Source: Acidobacteriota bacterium (GTDB taxonomy: Bacteria > Acidobacteriota > Thermoanaerobaculia > Multivoradales > Multivoraceae). From it: a stretch of DNA of 40,453 bases. The DNA lies in NCBI GenBank assembly GCA_021296535.1, contig JAGWAG010000012.1:10152-50604 (forward strand), in the 5' to 3' direction. The notes under the pieces were generated by a model. The model made no database searches and was not told the DNA's origin. It saw only the letters and a list, made by a program, of their open reading frames with translations. Below, in pieces: positions 28,085 to 36,301 of the stretch (position 1 is its first letter; every line of letters begins with the position of its first letter). Both the position numbers and the translations under genes were made by a program.

Positions 28085-28107
28085 TGCGGTGGAGTAGCCT
28101 AGCCGAG
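28085..28107. promoter_or_regulatory. 23-bp divergent intergenic region with overlapping TAGCCT (+) and TAGGCT (-) hexamers
   Basis: TAGCCT 28095-28100 is 7 nt before ATG 28108; TAGGCT (complement of 28096-28101) is 11 nt before ATG 28084. Confidence 0.45.
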
Positions 28108-29529
28108 ATGCCGGAGACCCTGTCTGCTGCCGAGCGGACCGACCTGCAGGTCGGGCTTCGCATGGCCCACCCGCCTGATCCGGGTGCCCTTGCCGAGGAG
28201 CGGCAACGCCTGGCGGAGCTCGATTCGGCGCCTCGAAGGACCCGCTGGCGCGCCTTCGCTGGGCTGATCGGACCCGGCTACATGCAGAGCGCGATGACGC
28301 TCGGCAGCGGCACCGCGGCCTCCGCTCTCTTCGCGGGAGCAGTGTTCGGTTACCAGCTCCTGTGGGTGGCGCCGCTGGCGATGCTTCTGGGCCTGGTCAT
28401 GCTGTCGGCCGTTGCCCACCAGACGCTTTCGACCGGCGTCCGGCCATTCGACGCGATGCGGCGCTTCGCCGGCGCTCCGCTGGCCTGGAGCTGGGCACTG
28501 GGGGCGCTGATCGCCTCGATCGTCTGGCACTTCCCGCAGTACGCGCTGGCGTCCGCCGTGCTGGTCGATCTCGGCGAGGCCGCCGGCGTCGAGGGCCTGC
28601 CGGCGTCCGCGCTCGGCTTCGTCGTTCTGTTCTGGGCGATCCTCATCTCGTCGCTTTACGGACGCCGGCCGGAACTCATCCGCGTTTACGAGCGCCTGCT
28701 GCGGTACATGGTGTGGGGAATCGTCTTCTGTTTCGCCTGGGTCGTGCTCCGCACGGGAGTATCGGACTGGGGAGCGCTCTTCCGCGGCTTCGTCGGCTTC
28801 GCGGTGCCGGGAGAACGCAACGGCGTGCTCGGCGTGACGGTGATCCTGAGCGGCCTGTCGGCGGCGGTCGGCATCAACATGGTGTTCCTGTACCCGTACT
28901 CGCTGCTGGCGCGCGGCTGGTCGCGGGAACACCGTTCGCTGGCGCGATTCGATCTCTGGACCGGTACGTTCGTGCCCTACGTTCTCGCCGCCAGCCTGAT
29001 GGTCATCGCGGCGGCGAACACGATCCACCTCGACCCCGCCTACGACGGCACGCGGCTGGGTCCGGTGGAAGCGGCGAAGTCCTTGGCCGCGGTCGCCGGC
29101 CCGGCGGTAGGCCGCGTGGTCTTCGACCTCGGCGTGCTCGGAATGGCGCTGTCCACGATCACCCTCCACATGCTGGCCACCGGCTTCGTCGCCTGTGAAC
29201 TCTTCGGTTGGCGGTTCGGCGGCCGCAAACACCGCCTCGCCATGCTGCTGCCCGCTCCGGGCGTGCTGGGACCTGTGTTCTGGGGCGATATCGCGGTGTG
29301 GCTGGCGGTGCCCACAAACATCATCTGCGGCCTGTTTCTACCCGCTGCGTACATCGGCTTCGTGATCCTGCAACGCAAGCGGGGCTACCTGGGAGACGAC
29401 CGGCCGGAAGGGACCCGCGGCTGGTTGTGGTGGGGACTGATGGTCGGTGTGACCGTCTTCCTGACCGCTTTCATGGCTTGGTACGTCTTCACCCAGGGAC
29501 CGGGCTACTTCGGACGCCTGACCGGCTGA
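28108..29529 (+). CDS. NRAMP-related (APC-fold) transporter lacking the canonical DPGN motif
   Basis: IGPGYMQSAMTLGSG, FGYQLLWV, AAVGINMVFLYPYSLL; about 11 TMs. Start placed at ATG 28108 to avoid overlap with the divergent gene. Confidence 0.75.
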   Translation: MPETLSAAERTDLQVGLRMAHPPDPGALAEERQRLAELDSAPRRTRWRAFAGLIGPGYMQSAMTLGSGTAASALFAGAVFGYQLLWVAPLAMLLGLVMLSAVAHQTLSTGVRPFDAMRRFAGAPLAWSWALGALIASIVWHFPQYALASAVLVDLGEAAGVEGLPASALGFVVLFWAILISSLYGRRPELIRVYERLLRYMVWGIVFCFAWVVLRTGVSDWGALFRGFVGFAVPGERNGVLGVTVILSGLSAAVGINMVFLYPYSLLARGWSREHRSLARFDLWTGTFVPYVLAASLMVIAAANTIHLDPAYDGTRLGPVEAAKSLAAVAGPAVGRVVFDLGVLGMALSTITLHMLATGFVACELFGWRFGGRKHRLAMLLPAPGVLGPVFWGDIAVWLAVPTNIICGLFLPAAYIGFVILQRKRGYLGDDRPEGTRGWLWWGLMVGVTVFLTAFMAWYVFTQGPGYFGRLTG

Positions 29530-29547
29530 AGGCCACGTTCCTGCTCC

Positions 29548-30282
29548 ATGCTCCAGCTCCGATCGGTCGGTATGCAGTTCGGTGCGGTCGAGGCGCTTCA
29601 GTCCGTCGACCTGGATCTTGCGCCCGGCGAAGTCGTCGGGCTGATGGGCGACAACGGGGCCGGGAAGTCGACGCTGCTCAAGATCGTCGCGGGGAACTTC
29701 GCGCCAACGTCGGGCGAGGTTCGCCTGGACAAGCGCGCCGTGGAACTCACGCCGCTGTCGGCGCGGGAGCACGGGATCGAGGCCGTTTACCAGGACCTCG
29801 CCCTGTGCGACAACCTCTCGGCGGCCGCGAACGTGTTCCTGGGCCGCGAGTTGAGCCGCAGGCTACTCGGGGTCCTGCCAGTGCTGGATCACGCCGCCAT
29901 GCGCCGGAGATCGGCGGAGTTGTTTGTTGAACTTGGTTCCGACACACGCCCGGCTGACCTCGTGCGAAGGATGTCGGGGGGGCAGCGGCAGGCGGTCGCC
30001 ATCGCCCGCGCGCGTCTCAGTTCGCCTCGACTCATGCTGCTCGACGAACCGACCGCGGCGATCAGCGTGCGCCAGATCGCGGAGGTCCTGGAACTGATCC
30101 GCGGCCTGCGCGAGCGGGGCGTCTGTGTGCTGCTGATCTCCCACCGGATGTCGGACGTGTTCGCGGTCGCGGACCGCGTCGTCGTTCTGCGACGGGGACG
30201 AAAGGTGGCCGACAAGGCAACCACGGATTCCTCGCCGGAGGAGGTGACCGCGCTGATCACGGGTGCGATCGAAGCGGCGTGA
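29548..30282 (+). CDS. Monosaccharide (CUT2) ABC transporter ATP-binding protein, single NBD
   Basis: GDNGAGKST, VYQDLALCDNL, MSGGQRQ, LLDEPTAA, ISH. Confidence 0.95.
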   Translation: MLQLRSVGMQFGAVEALQSVDLDLAPGEVVGLMGDNGAGKSTLLKIVAGNFAPTSGEVRLDKRAVELTPLSAREHGIEAVYQDLALCDNLSAAANVFLGRELSRRLLGVLPVLDHAAMRRRSAELFVELGSDTRPADLVRRMSGGQRQAVAIARARLSSPRLMLLDEPTAAISVRQIAEVLELIRGLRERGVCVLLISHRMSDVFAVADRVVVLRRGRKVADKATTDSSPEEVTALITGAIEAA

Positions 30283-31232
30283 AGAGCCTGCGCCGGACGC
30301 CCCAGTCGCTTTGGGTGATGTTGACGGTCGCCGCTCTGGCCGGCGTGATGAGTCTCGTCTCGGAGCCGTTCGCGAGCGCCGACAACATCTTCAACGTCAG
30401 CCGCAACTTCGCCTTCATCGGTCTGGTCGCGCTCGGCCAGACGGCGGTAATCGCCACGGGTGGGATCGATCTCTCCGTCGGCTCCGTGATGGGCCTTTCC
30501 GGGATCGTGACGGGACTCGTTCTGGGTTCGGGCCAGCCTCTCGTGCTTGCCGCGGCGGCTGGACTCGGCTGCGCGTTCCTGTGCGGACTGACCAACGGCG
30601 CGCTCGTGGGGTATCTCCGATTGTCGCCCTTCGTGGTGACTCTCGGCATGCTGAGCGTCGCGCGCTCCCTGGCCCTGGTGATTTCCAACAACAAGATGAT
30701 CCACGACTTCGGGCCCGACGAGGGTCTCGTGCTCGCCCTCGGCGGCGGACGCTTCCTGGGACTCGCCAATCCGGTCTGGTTGCTCCTCGTCGCCGCGCTC
30801 GGCGCCGCGGCGTGGTTCCGGTACAGCCGCCTGGCCCGTCACGTGCTGGCGGTCGGCGGTAACGAGAACTCGACCCGGCTGGCCGGGGTCCCCGTGGCCC
30901 GGGTCAAGCTCACGGTCTATGTTCTGAGCTCTCTCTTGGCCGGCGCTTCCGCGATCCTGATGATCGGGTGGCTGGGAGCGGTCACGAACGCGCTGGGCCA
31001 GGGTTACGAACTGCGCGTCATCGCGTCGGCCGTGATCGGCGGCGCCAACCTGATGGGCGGCGAAGGCGGCGCCTTCGGCGCGGTCGCGGGTGCGGCTCTG
31101 ATCGAGCTGATCCGGAACAGTCTTCTGCTGCTCGGCGTCGACCCCTACTGGCAGGGAGCCTTCGTCGGGGGCTCGATCATCGTCGCTATGCTCGTCGAGC
31201 GAGTCCGGCGCGGAAGCCGAACCGCTGGCTAG
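30279..31232 (+). CDS. Monosaccharide ABC transporter permease (RbsC-like)
   Basis: GGIDLSVGS, PFVVTLG, AVGGNE, GYELRVIASAVIGG. Confidence 0.95.
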   Translation: MKSLRRTPQSLWVMLTVAALAGVMSLVSEPFASADNIFNVSRNFAFIGLVALGQTAVIATGGIDLSVGSVMGLSGIVTGLVLGSGQPLVLAAAAGLGCAFLCGLTNGALVGYLRLSPFVVTLGMLSVARSLALVISNNKMIHDFGPDEGLVLALGGGRFLGLANPVWLLLVAALGAAAWFRYSRLARHVLAVGGNENSTRLAGVPVARVKLTVYVLSSLLAGASAILMIGWLGAVTNALGQGYELRVIASAVIGGANLMGGEGGAFGAVAGAALIELIRNSLLLLGVDPYWQGAFVGGSIIVAMLVERVRRGSRTAG

Positions 31233-31290
31233 AGCCGGGGGCCGGGGCGTGGGTGCGCTCGGGAATCCCGAAGCCGGAACGGAGTTGCAT

Positions 31291-32346
31291 GTGAGTCTTG
31301 AGAGAGAAGCGCCGAGCCTCGGAACCGACCCCTACAGGGCGTGTCTGGCGTCCGTTCTGGCCGTTGTCCTCTCCGTTTTGGCCGTAGGCGGCTGCGCCCG
31401 GGAAGGGACCGGCTACACCTTCATGAACAACCCCTTCTTCGACTTCGCCCGCGAGGGCTGCATGCAGGCGGCCGCGGACCTCGAGGATGTCGAGTGCCTG
31501 TACATCGGGCCCAGCGAACACACGGAGGCGGACCAGATCCAGGTGGTCGAGGACCTGATCACCCGCCGCGTGGACGGGATCGCCGTGTCGCCGTCGAACG
31601 CGACCGCGATGGCGCGGGCGCTCGCGCGGGCAAACGAAGTCGGTATTCCCGTGATCACGTGGGATTCCGATCTGCTCGCCGAGGACGCCGGGTTGCGGAC
31701 GACCTACATCGGCACGGAGAACCGGGCGATGGGGGTGGAGCAGGCGAAGCTGCTGCAGAAGCTGAAACCGGACGGGGGCACGATCTGCATTCAGTCGGGC
31801 GGTGCCGCGGCGATGAACCACAACGAGCGGATGCAGGGCTTCCGGGACACGCTCGCCGGCGCCGACTCCGGGGAGCCTCCCGGCGAGCGACTCGAAGGCG
31901 CGAACGGATGGGCGGAAGTAGCGGCCTGCCCGCTCTACACGAACGACGATTTCCCTCTGGCCGTACAGCAGATGGCGGACATCCTGGCCTCGGAGCCGGA
32001 CCTCGACGTGTTCTCGATCACCGGAGGATTCCCCCAGTTCGTCGACCAGGCCTACCGGCAGGCAGTTGAACCGTATCGGGAACGAATCGAGTCGAAGGAC
32101 CTCGTGATCATCGGCGCCGATGTCCTGCCGATGCAGTTGGACCTCCTCGCCGAGGGCCTGAGCCACGGCCAGGTCGGGCAGCGGCCATACGCGATGGGCT
32201 ACCGGTCGATGGAGGTGCTGCTCCAGCTGGTCGCCGGCCAGAGCGTCGAGGACCCGATCTACACTGGCCTGGACGTGCTGACCAGCGCCGGGGACGTAGA
32301 GGTCTTCCGGGCAGGGCAAACGGCAGAGGCCGCCGACAGCCGGTAG
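31291..32346 (+). CDS. Sugar ABC transporter substrate-binding lipoprotein (PBP type 1)
   Basis: SD GGAG 6 nt before GTG 31291; lipobox-like VGGC; NNPFF, VDGIAVSP, GIPVITWDSD, TYIGTEN, GQRPYAMGY. The first beta-strand appears truncated. Confidence 0.88.
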   Translation: MSLEREAPSLGTDPYRACLASVLAVVLSVLAVGGCAREGTGYTFMNNPFFDFAREGCMQAAADLEDVECLYIGPSEHTEADQIQVVEDLITRRVDGIAVSPSNATAMARALARANEVGIPVITWDSDLLAEDAGLRTTYIGTENRAMGVEQAKLLQKLKPDGGTICIQSGGAAAMNHNERMQGFRDTLAGADSGEPPGERLEGANGWAEVAACPLYTNDDFPLAVQQMADILASEPDLDVFSITGGFPQFVDQAYRQAVEPYRERIESKDLVIIGADVLPMQLDLLAEGLSHGQVGQRPYAMGYRSMEVLLQLVAGQSVEDPIYTGLDVLTSAGDVEVFRAGQTAEAADSR

Positions 32347-32349
32347 GCC

Positions 32350-34137
32350 TCAGGGCAGAGCGATCTCTCTCACCAGGTAGCTGCCGCGGCCGGATGCCTC
32401 GTCCCGGACGCCGACCGCAAATGCGAAGTCGCCCGGCGGCAGATCGACGTTCACGACCACCAGGCCCTGCTCCCCGTCCGCCGCGAGCTGGGCCCCTCCG
32501 ACGTTCAGGGTCTTCTGGCGCATGGGTGTGCGTTCACCGTCTTCGTTCTCGGCGACCAGGAAGATGCGGACCGCGCCCGCTGAACCGACCGGACCTGGCA
32601 GGAGAGCGACTTCGGAAAGCGGCACGCGTACCTCGACCGGAACCGTGGTCCGGGTGGAGGCCGCCTGCGTCGCAAGCTCGCCAAACGTCACATCGACGTT
32701 CAGTGGATTGCTCTGCTCGTTCAACTTCAACGCGGCGTACAGCCGGTCCGCCAAACGTTGCTCCTCGGACTTCACGATGTACGAACGGCGGTAGCGCACC
32801 CGCCACCCCTTCTTGGGCCTGGTGAGCCGGACGTCGATCTGGCGGATGGGGTGGCGGCGATTCACCGGAGCGCTGTAACCCAGGGAGTAGTAGGAACCGA
32901 AGTCCGCGGCGATCTCCTCCAGAGCTTCTTCAGGGTGCGCCTGGTTGAATACGGCTCGACCACCCGTTTCATCCGCGAGCAGGCTCAATGTCGCCTGCAG
33001 GTTGTCGATCCTCAGGCGGTCGTTCTGATTGCTGGGAACGAGCACGGTCGAGAGGCGCAGACCGCCCGCTCCGCCCCCGTCCGCGGCGCCAACCGGACCG
33101 GCCAGACTCGGATCCACTGACGAAGAGGCCCGGATGCCGCCCGCGTCCACCGGGTAGAGCGTCACGCGACTCGCATTACTGAAGGCGCTGAAACGATTGA
33201 AGCGCGTCGTCTCGTCCCACTCGAGCTGCCGCGTGTCGGTTTCGGACTGGCGTTCCGGGCAGATGTCGCCGAGGTAGTGGAACAACTCGGCCCCGGGCCT
33301 CTGGGGCAGCCCGTCGCTGACGTAGATCAGCGCCTTCGGCCCGGGCAGACCGCCCAGCGCGGTGACCAGCTCGCCGAGGGCCGAGATCGAGGCCGCGGCC
33401 CGGGATTGCATCTCCGCCGCGTACTGGTTCGCCGATCCGAGGAAGCTCGACCACATATCCACGCAGGGTACGCAGCCAGGTACGTTGGGACTTGCCGTGG
33501 GTTGGGCGCACGCCTCGTAGGCTCGCCGGACCTCCCTCAGGATCTGGAGGCGGAACAGACCGTCGTCGTGGGCAGGGGATCTGGGCTCGGCGCGCAGTTC
33601 GTCCAGCGCGTTCATCAACTCGCCGGGATCGGTCGTGAACGGCACCCGGACGTTGAGCTCCGGATCGCCGCTGGCAAGCAGGAAACGTATCCCGGCGCCC
33701 TGATCCCGGCGGGCGCTCAGGAAGCCGGCGAGGTCCCGCTCGATGCGCAGCAGATTGGCATGGCGGGTGCGGTAGCGGTCGATGTAGAGCGCCACCATCA
33801 ACGGCGGGTCCACACCGTCGACTTCCTCCAGGTCGGCACCCTCCAGCCACTCCCGGTTGTCTCGCGAGGAGGCGTTCAGGAAGTTCGTGACTTCCATCGA
33901 CTCGCCCTCTTCGAAGACCTCGAAGTCCTCGACCGAGAGGTCGGAGATCGGTCGCCCCCTGCGGTCCGTGACGTGAACGTCGATGTTCACGATGTTCACC
34001 GTCACCTGTTCGACGATGGTCGCGGCCGGGGTGGCCGGAGGACGCTCCTGGGCACCGACGCCGGCGATCGTCAAGCCGGATGATGACGCAAACACGAGCC
34101 CGGCGAGCCGCGACGTTCGCTGGACGAACGAATACAT
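32350..34137 (-). CDS. VWFA-related Acidobacterial domain protein (secreted)
   Basis: True start ATG 34137. Signal peptide, then VTVNIVNIDVHVTDRRGRPISDLSVEDFEVFEEG, PGPKALIYVSDG, LADETGGRA, SYYSLGY, VRYRRSY, VGVRD. Confidence 0.85.
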   Translation of the reverse strand: MYSFVQRTSRLAGLVFASSSGLTIAGVGAQERPPATPAATIVEQVTVNIVNIDVHVTDRRGRPISDLSVEDFEVFEEGESMEVTNFLNASSRDNREWLEGADLEEVDGVDPPLMVALYIDRYRTRHANLLRIERDLAGFLSARRDQGAGIRFLLASGDPELNVRVPFTTDPGELMNALDELRAEPRSPAHDDGLFRLQILREVRRAYEACAQPTASPNVPGCVPCVDMWSSFLGSANQYAAEMQSRAAASISALGELVTALGGLPGPKALIYVSDGLPQRPGAELFHYLGDICPERQSETDTRQLEWDETTRFNRFSAFSNASRVTLYPVDAGGIRASSSVDPSLAGPVGAADGGGAGGLRLSTVLVPSNQNDRLRIDNLQATLSLLADETGGRAVFNQAHPEEALEEIAADFGSYYSLGYSAPVNRRHPIRQIDVRLTRPKKGWRVRYRRSYIVKSEEQRLADRLYAALKLNEQSNPLNVDVTFGELATQAASTRTTVPVEVRVPLSEVALLPGPVGSAGAVRIFLVAENEDGERTPMRQKTLNVGGAQLAADGEQGLVVVNVDLPPGDFAFAVGVRDEASGRGSYLVREIALP

Positions 34138-34158
34138 CCGTTCACTATACTGCCGGCA
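34138..34158. promoter_or_regulatory. 21-bp bidirectional promoter with overlapping TATACT (+) and TATAGT (-) -10 hexamers
   Basis: cat-ccgttcactatactgccggca-atg: TATACT 34146-34151 is 7 nt from ATG 34159; TATAGT (complement of 34144-34149) is 6 nt from ATG 34137. Confidence 0.65.
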
Positions 34159-35040
34159 ATGGTCTGTACGGGCGGGAGAGCCCCGGTTCACGCGCTTCCT
34201 GCCAGGGCAGGGGTTCTTGCTGTCGTCTGTTCCATGGGCGTCGCGTTCGCGACCGCGGACGCCCAGGTGTCCCGCGCAGACCCGGAGTACACGGGCCCGG
34301 ACCGGATCGAGGAGTGGTCCGACCGCCGCATCCTCGTCGTCACGCCGCATCCGGACGACGAGACGTTCACCTCGGGCGGCACGCTTGCACTGCTGGCCGC
34401 CCGGGGGAACGACATCCAGGTCGTCGTCTACACGACGGACAACGCCGGTTCCCGCGATCCGGAGATGACGAAGGACCGCCTGAAGGCGATCCGCCGGGCC
34501 GAAGAGGAAGAAGCCTGCCGCATCCTCGGCATTCCGAAGGAGAACATCCACTGGCTGGGGCACGACGACGGCATGCTCGAGTACGTCGACCGCCGCGAAC
34601 TGACGCGACAGGTAGCCCGTGAGATCCGTCGCTTCAAGCCTCACGCCCTGTTTTCGGTCGACCCGGGATCGCCGTCGGAGCAGTACCACAAGTCGGATCA
34701 CCGTTCGGGCGCCATCATCACGGTCGACGCGATCCGGGCGGCACGCTGGCGGCTCTACTTTCCGGAACTCGAGGCGGAGGGCTTCGACGCCTGGAGCGTG
34801 CCGCTCGTCTTCTTCTACTACAGTGCGAATCCGAACTACACGGTCGACATCACCGAAGTCGCGGAAAAGAAGGCGCGCGCCTCGGCGGCCCATATCAGTC
34901 AGTTCGGTTCCCTGGTCGACCGTTACGATCCCGGAAAAGTGGACGAGCAGCGAAAGGTGTGGGCGGCCCGTCTGCTGGAACGCGCGGAGCGCGAGAACGA
35001 CAGGGTGGTAGAGCGATTCCGGCGCTCCGAGGCCTACTGA
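34159..35040 (+). CDS. PIG-L/LmbE family Zn-dependent deacetylase with a signal-peptide-like N-terminus
   Basis: ILVVTPHPDDE, RRAEEEEACRILG, HKSDH, VDIT...K...AHISQ. Confidence 0.9.
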   Translation: MVCTGGRAPVHALPARAGVLAVVCSMGVAFATADAQVSRADPEYTGPDRIEEWSDRRILVVTPHPDDETFTSGGTLALLAARGNDIQVVVYTTDNAGSRDPEMTKDRLKAIRRAEEEEACRILGIPKENIHWLGHDDGMLEYVDRRELTRQVAREIRRFKPHALFSVDPGSPSEQYHKSDHRSGAIITVDAIRAARWRLYFPELEAEGFDAWSVPLVFFYYSANPNYTVDITEVAEKKARASAAHISQFGSLVDRYDPGKVDEQRKVWAARLLERAERENDRVVERFRRSEAY

Positions 35041-36132
35041 GTGGCGGCCGCGGAACCGGCTTCGAGCCGGGACCTCCCGCCGGCATCGCCCTCGCCTGCC
35101 CTCGCGTTGAGCGTTCTGGACCAGTGTCCGATACGGGCCGGGATGACCGCGGCGGATGCGATCCGGGAGGCGGTCAAGTTGGCTCAGGAGGCGGACCGAC
35201 TCGGCTACCGCCGTTACTGGCTGGCCGAACACCACAACTCGGAGTCCCTCGCCTGTGCCGCTCCCGAGGCACTGATCGGACAGGTCGCCGCCGCGACGAA
35301 GCGGATGCGGGTCGGTTCGGGCGGTGTGATGCTGAGTCACTACAGCGCGCTCAAGGTAGCGGAGGTCTTCAGGATGCTGGAGACCCTGTACCCCGGACGA
35401 ATCGATCTCGGCATCGGTCGGGCGCCGGGTTCGGACCGCCTGACCGCCCGGATTCTCGCGCACGGCCCTGGCCGACTGGGTGTTCAGCACTACCCGGAGC
35501 AGGTCGCCCATCTGCTCGGGTACCTGGGCCGCGGCCACGAGGACGAGCGACTGAACGGCGTCCGCGCCATGCCCCAGGGCAACACGCAGCCGGACGTGTG
35601 GCTGCTCGGCTCCAGTCTCGGGTCGGCGCGTTTCGCAGCCTGGTTCGGCTGCCCCTACAGCTTCGCCCACTTCATTCAGCCACGCGACGCCGAAGCCGCG
35701 CTCGACCTCTACCGGAGCGAGTACCGGCCGTCCGAGCGTCATCCGGAACCTCAGGCAAGCGTCGGCGTGAGCGCGATGGTGGCCGAGACGGAGGACGAGG
35801 CGCGCCGGCAGTCGCTCAGCCGGTTCCTCTGGTGGATCCGGTTGACCCAGGGGCGTCCGGGGCCCTTCCCGAGCCTGGAGGAGGCTGAAGCCTACGAGTT
35901 CACGAAGAGCGACCGGCGCGTGATGGAGAAGATGCGGGCCCGAAGTCTGATCGGATCGCCGGGCGCCGTCCGGCAACGGGCTGAGGAATTGGCCGGGCGA
36001 CTGGGTGTGGAAGAACTCGTCGTGCTGACGATCTGTCCCGGTTTCGAGGCCAGGGTGCGCTCGTACGAACTGCTGGCGGAGGCGGTTGGCATGACCGGAC
36101 TCCCAGTTGACATCGCCGCCCCTCAAGCCTGA
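35041..36132 (+). CDS. Luciferase-like (LLM class) flavin-dependent oxidoreductase, group 1 (YhbW-like)
   Basis: LSVLDQCP, GYRRYWLAEHHN, RVGSGGVMLSHYS, RIDLGIGRAPG, WLLGSS, FAHFI. Confidence 0.92.
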   Translation: MAAAEPASSRDLPPASPSPALALSVLDQCPIRAGMTAADAIREAVKLAQEADRLGYRRYWLAEHHNSESLACAAPEALIGQVAAATKRMRVGSGGVMLSHYSALKVAEVFRMLETLYPGRIDLGIGRAPGSDRLTARILAHGPGRLGVQHYPEQVAHLLGYLGRGHEDERLNGVRAMPQGNTQPDVWLLGSSLGSARFAAWFGCPYSFAHFIQPRDAEAALDLYRSEYRPSERHPEPQASVGVSAMVAETEDEARRQSLSRFLWWIRLTQGRPGPFPSLEEAEAYEFTKSDRRVMEKMRARSLIGSPGAVRQRAEELAGRLGVEELVVLTICPGFEARVRSYELLAEAVGMTGLPVDIAAPQA

Positions 36133-36154
36133 GGATGGATCGAGCCAGCAGAGT

Positions 36155-36232
36155 GCGCGGCAGAAACCGGGTGCGCCGGCCTTCCGGCCGGCATCCGGCG
36201 CGAAGCGCCGGCTTCCGGACCTTCTGCCGCGC
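36155..36232 (+). repeat. REP-like composite palindromic element, copy C (78 bp)
   Basis: Perfect 11-bp outer inverted repeat gcgcggcagaa/ttctgccgcgc enclosing hairpins gccggcc-ttcc-ggccggc and ccggcgc-gaa-gcgccgg. Confidence 0.8.
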
Positions 36233-36301
36233 CAGGAGATGACGACGCCATTGCATCTCGCATGAACGGACCCACGCGGTCCCGACTCCGGAGACAAAGA
36301 C

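Noticed and set aside
36157-36234. tRNA-like element (78 nt, 7-bp terminal stem followed by G-CCA)
   Set aside because: No GTTCRA T-loop, D-loop or 7-nt anticodon loop; its first half is repeated elsewhere as a REP-like unit.
36133-36301. Possible SAH riboswitch upstream of ahcY
   Set aside because: The conserved GAGGAGCG...GC and CAGGCUC core is not present; the structure is explained by the repeat shared with 6441..6478. An Rfam scan would settle it.
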